This document shows, piece after piece, positions 56,622 to 64,000 of a stretch of 64,000 nucleotides of DNA; within the stretch, counting starts at the first letter, position 1; each line of letters begins with the position of its first letter. Both the position numbers and the translations under genes were made by a program. The stretch is from Dehalococcoidia bacterium (GTDB lineage Bacteria; Chloroflexota; Dehalococcoidia; UBA2979), in assembly GCA_965262725.1 (NCBI GenBank), contig OZ253555.1, forward strand, positions 1,184,001-1,248,000, read 5' to 3'. A model generated the notes under the pieces. The model did not search any database, was not told the origin of the DNA, and was given only the letters and a program-made list of their open reading frames with translations.

Positions 56622-56671
56622 GCTGACCTCCCGTGCCTGGATGACTTCTGTTCCACCCCGGCGATCCCTGA

Positions 56672-57523
56672 TCACCCGAGGAAGTCGCGAACGACCTCCG
56701 CGAGTTCGCGCGGCTTCGTGAACACGACGGGGTGGCCCGCGCCCTCGAATGACTCGTAGCGCGCTCGCGGGTTGAGCGCCTGGAGCTCCTCCCACAGCGG
56801 GCCGTCGAGCGAGGCGCCGGCCCCGAGCCTCCGCGCGACCAGCGTGGGGACCGTCAGCGAGGAGAAGTCGGCGCGAAGGTCCGACTCCGGCAGGCCGCAG
56901 AACGTCGCCATGCAGGACATCGAGTCCGGATCGTTGCGGAAGCGGAGCGTCGAGCCTTCGGCGGGCATCGTGGCCGCCTCCGCCCAGCGGCGCGCCTTCT
57001 CGTCCGTGATCTGCCAGTTGAAGTGGCGCCTGCGGAGCTTCTGCGCCCAGGCCACGGCCTCGTCGAGGTCGGTGAAGCGCAGCGCGCGCTGGCGCTCGGC
57101 ACTCTTCTCAAGAGCGTCCTTGCTCCCGGATGAGGGGAACTCGGGCGGCTGGTCATCCATGATCAGCGCCGAGACGCGTTCCGGCTGCCGGGCGGCGATC
57201 CGGAGCGCCGTCGCCGCTCCGAACGAGCTTCCCATTACGACGACGGGGGCGCTGCCGATCTCGTCGAGCGTTGCGATCGCATCGTCGAAGTAGCGCTCGG
57301 GCGTATAGCCGTCGGGCGGGCCCCACTCGGTGCAGCCGTGACCGCGGGCGTCGACGGCGACGAAGCGGTAGCGGTCGGCGATGAGCTCCGCGAACTCGTC
57401 GGTTTCCTCGGAGAGCCCGCTGTAGATGTGGAAATAGGCGATCGTGCGCGCGTCCCCGGATCCCGACTCCCGGAGGCGTGTGCGGATCCCGTCGATGGTG
57501 ACGTAGCGATCGGTCGGTGTCAT
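56672..57523 (-). CDS. Alpha/beta hydrolase
   Basis: DARGHG, GSSFG, GAGHPV. Confidence 0.9.
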   Translation of the reverse strand: MTPTDRYVTIDGIRTRLRESGSGDARTIAYFHIYSGLSEETDEFAELIADRYRFVAVDARGHGCTEWGPPDGYTPERYFDDAIATLDEIGSAPVVVMGSSFGAATALRIAARQPERVSALIMDDQPPEFPSSGSKDALEKSAERQRALRFTDLDEAVAWAQKLRRRHFNWQITDEKARRWAEAATMPAEGSTLRFRNDPDSMSCMATFCGLPESDLRADFSSLTVPTLVARRLGAGASLDGPLWEELQALNPRARYESFEGAGHPVVFTKPRELAEVVRDFLG

Positions 57524-57604
57524 TGGCTTCCCCCTCGTCGCGGCGTGGACCCGCCCGGTCCCCCGGCGGGGCCATCGTAGCGCGGGCACTCGCTGCGGGC
57601 GGCC

Positions 57605-59005
57605 CTAGGGCGCCGGGAGCCGCTGGTGCCACGCGGTCGCCTGTTCGTAGGCGTGGGCGACGCGGCAGAGCATGACCTCGTCGAAATGGCGGGCGCCGAT
57701 CATCAGGCCAATGGGCAGGCCGCCATCGTCGACTCCGCACGGCACGCTGATCGCGGGGATGCCGGTCACGTCGTACGCCGCGGTGAGGCGCACGAGCCTG
57801 GCTTTGGGATCACCCTCGGCGATTGTGGGCGCGGTGCGCTCGGTCGTCGGGGAGACAAGCACGTCGACCGCGGAGAGCGCGGCGCTCGTCTCCTCGATCA
57901 AGAGCCGGCGCATCCGCTGCGCGTTGATGTACGTCGTGGCCGACACGCGGCTCACGAGCTCCAGGGACGCTCGAACATCATCGCCGTAGCCCTCGGGCCG
58001 ATCGCGCAGCCAGCGCGCGTGGTAGGCGCCGGCCTCGGCGAGCAGCGCGCGGTGAAGGCGCCCGCGCTCCATCCTCCGCATCTCGGCGAGCAGCGGCAGC
58101 TCCACCTCCCGTACCTCGGCCCCGAGCGCGCGCAGCGTCTCCACCGCCTCCTCGCAGGCCGCCCGCACCGGCTCGTCCACGTCAAGCCAGAGCGGATTGC
58201 GCGGCAGCCCGACGACGACGCCCTCGATGCGGCGCCCGAGCTCGGCCGCGGCGTCCGGCACCGGCTCCTGCGCGGAGCCGGCGTCGTCGGGGTCGTATCC
58301 GGCGATGGCGTTCAGCACGAGCGCTGCATCCTCGACGCTCCGCGCGAGCGGGCCCACGTGGTCGAGCGACCACGCCAGTGGGAGCACGCCCCGGCGGCTG
58401 ACGCGTCCGTAGGTGGCCATCAGGCCTACGACGCCGCAGAGAGCGGCCGGGATACGGATCGACCCGCCCGTGTCGGAGCCGATCGCCGCCGTCGCCGAGC
58501 CGACCGCGACCGCAACGGCGCTCCCGCCGGAGGAGCCGCCCGGGCTGCGCTCCGTGTCCCACGGGTTGCGCACGGGTCCGAAGTGCGGGTTGGCGCTGGT
58601 GGTGCCGAAGGCGAACTCGTGGAGGTTCAGCTTCCCCGGCAGCACTGCCCCCGCCTCCGAGAGCCGGGTGACGATCGTCGCGTCGGCCGTCGGGATGCGC
58701 TCGCGGAGGAAGCCGGAGCCGCCTGTGGTGGGGATGCCGGCCGTGTCGACGAGATCCTTGAGCGCTACCGGGATGCCGTGCAGCGGCCCCCGATCACGCC
58801 CCGCCGCCAGTTCGGCGTCCGCCTCAGCCGCCTGCTTCCGCGCGTGATCGGCGGTGACCCTGATATAGGCGTTGAGCCGGGGCTCGGTTTCCTCGATCCG
58901 GGCGAGGGTTGCCTCCACGAGGGCGCTCGCCGAGAGGCGTCCGGCCCTCAGCTCGGCGCCGGCGTCGCGGATCGAGAGCAGCGTGGGCGGGGTGCTCCCG
59001 CTCAC
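57605..59005 (-). CDS. Amidase signature family protein
   Basis: GIPVALKD, GGSSGGS, GSDTGGSIRIPA. Confidence 0.95.
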   Translation of the reverse strand: MSGSTPPTLLSIRDAGAELRAGRLSASALVEATLARIEETEPRLNAYIRVTADHARKQAAEADAELAAGRDRGPLHGIPVALKDLVDTAGIPTTGGSGFLRERIPTADATIVTRLSEAGAVLPGKLNLHEFAFGTTSANPHFGPVRNPWDTERSPGGSSGGSAVAVAVGSATAAIGSDTGGSIRIPAALCGVVGLMATYGRVSRRGVLPLAWSLDHVGPLARSVEDAALVLNAIAGYDPDDAGSAQEPVPDAAAELGRRIEGVVVGLPRNPLWLDVDEPVRAACEEAVETLRALGAEVREVELPLLAEMRRMERGRLHRALLAEAGAYHARWLRDRPEGYGDDVRASLELVSRVSATTYINAQRMRRLLIEETSAALSAVDVLVSPTTERTAPTIAEGDPKARLVRLTAAYDVTGIPAISVPCGVDDGGLPIGLMIGARHFDEVMLCRVAHAYEQATAWHQRLPAP

Positions 59006-59217
59006 CGCGCGCTCGGCGAGTCGCCCGCAATAAGGAGGTCGATCCTCAGGGCGGATGCCGGCTCGGTCTCTCCGAAGTCGTAGCGGTCGAGAAGCGACTC
59101 CCCGAGCCGTCGCCCCTCGACCGCGGTGAGTGGCCGCTCGTCCGGGTATGCGTCCTCGTCCGGGCGCGCTGGCCCGCGCGTGGACTCCGGCTCGGGGCCG
59201 CCCGGGCGTTCGCTCAT
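59002..59217 (-). CDS. Small protein coupled to the amidase (possible GatC/AtzG-like partner)
   Basis: RBS plus ATG; stop overlaps the amidase GTG (GTGA); LDRYDFGETEPA. Confidence 0.55.
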   Translation of the reverse strand: MSERPGGPEPESTRGPARPDEDAYPDERPLTAVEGRRLGESLLDRYDFGETEPASALRIDLLIAGDSPSAR

Positions 59218-59322
59218 CACGTCTCCCTCGAGCGCGGGCATGAGGATAGCAGAGACACTGGTATCCTCCCCGGGACCGGGCCGGGACGGCCGTCCCGGGG
59301 GCCACAGAGGTTGCGAGGGGCG

Positions 59323-60009
59323 ATGGAGCGCATCGTGCTGTCGCTGAACGTCGGGCGTTCGCGCCCGCTGCACCATGCGAGCGGTGAAGTGCAGAGCGCC
59401 ATCCGCAAGGAGCCCGTCCCGGGGGCGCTGGCGCTCGGCCCGCTCGGCCTCGACGGCGACGAGCAGGCCGACCGGCGCTCGCACGGCGGCGTCGACAGGG
59501 CGCTCTGCGTCTACCCGCGCGAGCACGCCTTCTGGTGGGCGAACGAGCTCGGGATCGAACTCGCCCCCGGGGGGGCCGGTGAGAATCTTTCGACGGTTGG
59601 CCTCCGTGAGGCCGAGGTCGTGATCGGGGACGTGTACCGCATCGGCGCCCTTTCGGGAGCGACGCCTGGACCGCTCATTCAGGTCAGCCAGCCCCGGCAG
59701 CCCTGCTACAAGCTCGCGGCCGCTCACGGTAGCCCGAAGATCGCGCTCGCCGTCCAGGAGGCGGGCGTGACCGGCTTCTACGTGCGCTGCATCGAACCGG
59801 GGCTCCTTCGCGCGGGAGCGCCGATCACGCTCGTCGAGCGTCCCGCGCACGGTGTGACCATCGCCGAGTCGAATCGCGTCATGCACCGCGATCGGGACGA
59901 CGCCGACGGGCTGCGCCGCCTCATCGCCGTGCCCGAACTCGCGGACGGCTGGCGCACCACCTTCGAGCGCCGACTCGGGGGCGGGCTCGAGACATCGCTC
60001 CCCGCGTGA
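59323..60009 (+). CDS. MOSC-domain protein (YiiM-like)
   Basis: SAIRK, GDEQAD..HGG, GENLST, QPRQPCYKL. Confidence 0.93.
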   Translation: MERIVLSLNVGRSRPLHHASGEVQSAIRKEPVPGALALGPLGLDGDEQADRRSHGGVDRALCVYPREHAFWWANELGIELAPGGAGENLSTVGLREAEVVIGDVYRIGALSGATPGPLIQVSQPRQPCYKLAAAHGSPKIALAVQEAGVTGFYVRCIEPGLLRAGAPITLVERPAHGVTIAESNRVMHRDRDDADGLRRLIAVPELADGWRTTFERRLGGGLETSLPA

Positions 60010-60025
60010 GCCCCCCGGAGTAGCG

Positions 60026-61327
60026 TCAGCCGGGAATGTACGCCGTCAGATCCGAGGCGAGCGTGAGCCCCGGAATGATGTGCGGGCCGGTGACGCCGAC
60101 CACGGTCACCGCCGGCGGGTCGGCGGCGAAGGCGTCCCGCCACGGGCCGAGAGCCGGCGCGATCTCACGCAGATCGGTCCCGAAGAGCTGCACGCGAACC
60201 ATGTCCGCGAGTGAGCCCCCCGCCGCCTCGCAGATCGCTGCCGCATCCTCGAGCATCGCCTGAAGCTCCTCGCGACCCGGGGAGACGACGAACGGCGACG
60301 CCGGGTGTGGTCTGGCCCGGGGTGTGATGCCGTCGTCGCCGGCGGCGTGGCGGCCCGAGAGAAAGAGGTACGGTCCGACCTTGAGCCCCTGCGGGGCGTG
60401 GAAGTGCGGGCGAGGCGCCCGCTCGGTCTCGATCACCCGCACCGGAATCTCGCTGTCGTCGCGGAGCGCGATGCAGTTGATCTCGACGCGTGAGCCCGTC
60501 ATCCCCATCTGGTCGATGGGTACTATCGTCGTCGCCGGCGGATTGTCGCCGAAGGTCCGCTCCCACACGTTCCGCAGTCCCGGCAGGTCGCGGCTGTCGG
60601 TCAGGTAGACGTTCGCCTTCACGATCCGCGTGACACTCGAGCCCGCCGCCCGGAGGTAGAGATCGAGCTTGTGCAGGTCGTAGGCGGCCTGCTTCTCGAT
60701 CTCGGACCCGTACCAGTAGTTGGGGTCGACCTGGACCTCGTCGGGTTGGGTGTGACCCAACGCGCCGGGGTAAGCGGAGCGCGTGACGAAGTCTGTGGGC
60801 GAGGACCCCGAGCACCAGAGCCAGTCGCCGTAGCGGATCGCGAGCGAGTACCCCGCCCGCGGCCGCGGCGCGTCCGGCGCGTCGATCGCCTCCTTGACAC
60901 GCCCCTCGGTCGGTACGACCGCGATGCCGTCGACCTGCATCGTCGCGCCCGGCACGAGCAGATCCTTGATCGCGAGCGCCGTCGATCCGGGCCGGTCGTG
61001 GGTGAGGTACCGGTCACGGACTGGCAGGTAGTGGCGGAACTGGTCGTGGTACGGCGTGAACTGGTCGATGCGGACCATGTTGTCGAGCGTCGTGCCTCCC
61101 GCCTCGAACAGCGCCTTCACCCGGCGGTAGATACCGTGCGTCTGGCGGTCCATGTCGTAGCGGTCGTAGGGGAAGTCGCGGGGCGGCCGCGAGTCGCCCT
61201 CGATGCCCGTCTCCCAGTCCGTTGCCATCGTGCCGCCGAGGAAGAGCCAGTCGCCTGCGAGGATCGCGGGCGCGGCCGGGAAGGGCGCTGCGGGTACGCT
61301 CGATACGCTCAGTGTCTGACGACTCAT
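60026..61327 (-). CDS. Protein with three tandem Rid (YjgF/RidA-fold) domains
   Basis: Repeated GDWLFLGG/GDWLWCSG/GPYLFLSG and AGTT/AGSS/AGGSL..MVR/IVK motifs. Confidence 0.85.
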   Translation of the reverse strand: MSRQTLSVSSVPAAPFPAAPAILAGDWLFLGGTMATDWETGIEGDSRPPRDFPYDRYDMDRQTHGIYRRVKALFEAGGTTLDNMVRIDQFTPYHDQFRHYLPVRDRYLTHDRPGSTALAIKDLLVPGATMQVDGIAVVPTEGRVKEAIDAPDAPRPRAGYSLAIRYGDWLWCSGSSPTDFVTRSAYPGALGHTQPDEVQVDPNYWYGSEIEKQAAYDLHKLDLYLRAAGSSVTRIVKANVYLTDSRDLPGLRNVWERTFGDNPPATTIVPIDQMGMTGSRVEINCIALRDDSEIPVRVIETERAPRPHFHAPQGLKVGPYLFLSGRHAAGDDGITPRARPHPASPFVVSPGREELQAMLEDAAAICEAAGGSLADMVRVQLFGTDLREIAPALGPWRDAFAADPPAVTVVGVTGPHIIPGLTLASDLTAYIPG

Positions 61328-61525
61328 ATCGCCCCCTTCGTCGGAAGAGCCCTCTTGGTCCGCCCCTCGTCGAGCGGTAGTCACAGGGCTCCCTGCACAC
61401 CGGTGCTCTCTCCGGGCAGAGCGCTCCCCATCACCCGGTCGGGCACGGCTCGCCGCCGGGCCCGCGCCGCCGGTCTCGATGCTTCTCCGTCCGGTCCGTC
61501 GGGCGTGGAGCCCGGCACGAGCCCC

Positions 61526-62959
61526 CTAGACGCCCCGCTTCCGTCGATCCTCGAAGCGACGCGGCTTCGACTCGATACCGAAACGCGTCAGCTCCTGCAG
61601 CTCGCCCGGCCCTCGGACGTCGACGGCGATCGAGACGGAGAGCTGCGCCCGCAGCGCGTCGGCGACGTCCGAGGCGATCGCCTCGCGTTGCGACGGGTCG
61701 ACGTGCTGCGCGCTCTCGACGTAGAGCGTCATCTGGTCGCGGCCCTCCACGCGATCGGCGATGCAGAAGAACTCGCTCCCCACGCGCTCGTCGCGGCGCG
61801 CCACGTCCCCGCAGGCCTCGGGCCAGACGTTGACGCCGCGAAGCTTCACCATCGTGTCGGCGCGCCCCTGCAGGAAGTCGATGCGGGTGAGCTCTGAGCC
61901 GCATTCGCAGCGCTCGCGGGCAAGCACGCGGGTCGTGTCTTTGGTGTCGTAGCGCACGACCGGGACGCCGGTCTTGTAGAGCGCCGTCGTGACGATGGAA
62001 CCCACCTCCCCGTCGGGGACGGGTTCACCTGTCTCGATGTCGACGACGTCGATGACGAAGGCGTCCTCCCAGAGGTGCATGCCGGCGCGAGCGGGGCACT
62101 CCGACGCCATCACCTGCGTCTCGTGCATGCCGTAGTTCTCGAGCGCCGGGACGCCCCACTCCTCCTCCACCAGCCGCGGGTTGCCGCCCATAGTAGAGAT
62201 GTGGGCGAGTTTCAGGTCGCGGCCGATCTCGAGCCCCATCTCTCTCGCGGTGTGGGCGAGCTGGATCACGTAGTCCTGGAAGCCGACGAGTCCGCGCACG
62301 TTCCAGTCGCGCATGATCTCGATCTGGCGCGTGCTCCTGGTCACGATGCCGGCGCTCGTCGTGACCGGCACGCAGCCCAACCACTGGTAGAGGGCCTCGT
62401 CGACGATGAACGGGCCGTTGTGCGTCGAGTAGAGCATCGTGTTCTGCACGGCGTCACCGGGCCGAAAGCCTGCGAGGTAAAAGGCGCGCTGCCTCAGGAT
62501 CGCCCCGACCTGCCGGTCGCGCAGCGTGTAGAGAGTGGGGCGGGGGCGCCCCGTTGTACCCCCGGACGTGTGGATGCGCACGGGCCCGGCGTCGGCGGTG
62601 TCTTCGAAGCGAACGCCCTGATAGGTGCCGAAGGGCGGCGTTCCCTCGATGCTCCGCCTGAGGTCGTCCACGACGTACGTCGGGAGCGCGCGCAGATCAT
62701 CGAGCGTGCGCACCTCTTCTGGACCCCGTACCCCGGCCGCCTGCCAGCGCTCGCGGTAGAACTCGGTGCCCCAGGCGTGGCTGACGCACTTCGCGATGCG
62801 CTCAGTCTGCAGTCGTCGCACCTCGTCCGGGGGGAGCAAATACGTGCCGTCGAAGAAGGCCGGCGCCGGCTCGTACTCGCGGACCGTCCCCTCCCAGTCG
62901 AGGGAGGAGTAGAGATACGGCACGCGCACGCCGGCCGTGTCGATCAGCGAGTTGCCCAC
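61526..62959 (-). CDS. Phenylacetate-CoA ligase (PaaK)-like adenylate-forming enzyme
   Basis: TSGGTTGRP, YGMHE, HLWED, VRYDTKD, GRADTMVKLRGVNVWP. Confidence 0.9.
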   Translation of the reverse strand: MGNSLIDTAGVRVPYLYSSLDWEGTVREYEPAPAFFDGTYLLPPDEVRRLQTERIAKCVSHAWGTEFYRERWQAAGVRGPEEVRTLDDLRALPTYVVDDLRRSIEGTPPFGTYQGVRFEDTADAGPVRIHTSGGTTGRPRPTLYTLRDRQVGAILRQRAFYLAGFRPGDAVQNTMLYSTHNGPFIVDEALYQWLGCVPVTTSAGIVTRSTRQIEIMRDWNVRGLVGFQDYVIQLAHTAREMGLEIGRDLKLAHISTMGGNPRLVEEEWGVPALENYGMHETQVMASECPARAGMHLWEDAFVIDVVDIETGEPVPDGEVGSIVTTALYKTGVPVVRYDTKDTTRVLARERCECGSELTRIDFLQGRADTMVKLRGVNVWPEACGDVARRDERVGSEFFCIADRVEGRDQMTLYVESAQHVDPSQREAIASDVADALRAQLSVSIAVDVRGPGELQELTRFGIESKPRRFEDRRKRGV

Positions 62960-63000
62960 GCCACCTCCGCCTCCCCTCCCCGGCGTCGTCGGACCTGCGC

Positions 63001-64000
63001 CTACGGCGCGCTCAGCCGGTCCGGAAGGTAGATTCCGCGGGTCGCCGGCTCATACGGGCCGGCGCCGCTCTTCTTCGGGATGACGCGAATGAGGTCGCGG
63101 CCCGCCTCGATCTTCGCGTCGAAGGCGTCCCGCAGGAAGTCCGCCATGTAGTAGTAGACATCCTCGCCGCCGAGCCCCTCGATCGCGGGGGGCGAGTGGA
63201 AGTCGTCCTCGAGCACCCACATCTCGCGCGGGCCCTGAATCTCCTCCCAGATCGGGATCGCCTCGTCGAGCGGACAGAGCGGATCGTACTCGCCGATCAC
63301 GGTGAGGGAGGGGCAGGTGATGCCGGCGGCGCGTCCCTCCATCGTCATTCTCACGGCCATGTCGTCGAAACGGTCCTCGTCGTGGGTGCCGGCCATGTAC
63401 ATGAACATCTGCTTGAACCGCGGCGAATCTTCCTCGAAGATCGCCCGCTTCGCCGAGAAGCACGCCGAGGCCGTCGCGACCGCGGCGACGCGCCCGTCGT
63501 GGGCCGCGATGCGCATGCCCCAGAACGACCCCATTGAGATCCCCGAGATGCCAATCCGGCCGGCGTCGACCTCCGGCTGTTCCACGAGCCAGTCGATAAC
63601 CGCTGAGCCGGCTCGCTCGTAGTTGTCGTCGGTCACGCGGATCTTCCGCATGTTGCTGGTGCCCTGGCCGGGCCCGTCCATCGCAAGCACGTTCATTCCA
63701 CGCTGCACGAAGGGGTTGCGGGTCGGCCGCGGGAAGGTCTCCTTGGTCTGATCCATTCCCGGGACCTCGATGACGGTCGGGGCGTTCGCCTCCCCGGTCA
63801 TGTGGAAGAGGCACTGGATCTGCCGACCCTCGAAGGGCACCTCGACCAGCCGGATCGGGTAGGGGGCGAACTCGATCACCTTCTCGTAGCACTCGAGCAG
63901 CTTCCCGTGCAGGTAGATCTTGTCGGGGTGATCGTCCCAGTAGAGCGGGTGCTGGGCGTCGCGGTAGAGATCGGCGGCGCGCCAGTAGTGCTCGAAGGCC
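63001..64000 (-). CDS. Alpha/beta hydrolase, FrsA/2,6-dihydroxypseudooxynicotine hydrolase-like (5' part outside window)
   Basis: PGMDQTKE, DGPGQG, GISMG. Confidence 0.88.
   Translation of the reverse strand, partial: AFEHYWRAADLYRDAQHPLYWDDHPDKIYLHGKLLECYEKVIEFAPYPIRLVEVPFEGRQIQCLFHMTGEANAPTVIEVPGMDQTKETFPRPTRNPFVQRGMNVLAMDGPGQGTSNMRKIRVTDDNYERAGSAVIDWLVEQPEVDAGRIGISGISMGSFWGMRIAAHDGRVAAVATASACFSAKRAIFEEDSPRFKQMFMYMAGTHDEDRFDDMAVRMTMEGRAAGITCPSLTVIGEYDPLCPLDEAIPIWEEIQGPREMWVLEDDFHSPPAIEGLGGEDVYYYMADFLRDAFDAKIEAGRDLIRVIPKKSGAGPYEPATRGIYLPDRLSAP

Noticed and set aside
57605-59005. gatA
   Set aside because: No gatB adjacent and only general amidase motifs are recognisable.

Overview
This is a very GC-rich bacterial chromosomal window; gene content and style suggest Chloroflexota/Dehalococcoidia, which is inference only. 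The first 4.4 kb is a nest of mobile elements. An RT-encoding group II intron (3' end at 2370) has its RT gene split by a related ORF-less 862-nt group II intron (551-1412), forming a twintron. The outer intron sits antisense inside an IS630-like remnant, and an IS1182-family element flanked by CTAG is inserted at the gap stop codon. The rest holds housekeeping genes (gap, eno, xerD, pcm, uvrC, three tRNAs including a rare tRNA-Arg(GCG), acnA, pepN, gcvT-H-PA-PB, lipA/lipB, aceE-aceF-lpdA) and many catabolic enzymes (crotonases, a CoA-transferase, an LLM oxidoreductase, duplicated amidohydrolases, a Mo-hydroxylase, alpha/beta hydrolases, an amidase, a triple-Rid protein and a PaaK-like ligase). 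Two genes contain in-frame TGA codons followed by hairpins. One is an AhpD-like CxxU protein, a known selenoprotein type. The other is a thiolase-like protein with TGA in its C-terminal active-site loop (FVNG-U-GG), next to DUF35/OB-fold, SaoD/DsrE and EchA20-like genes; it is a candidate new selenoprotein family.
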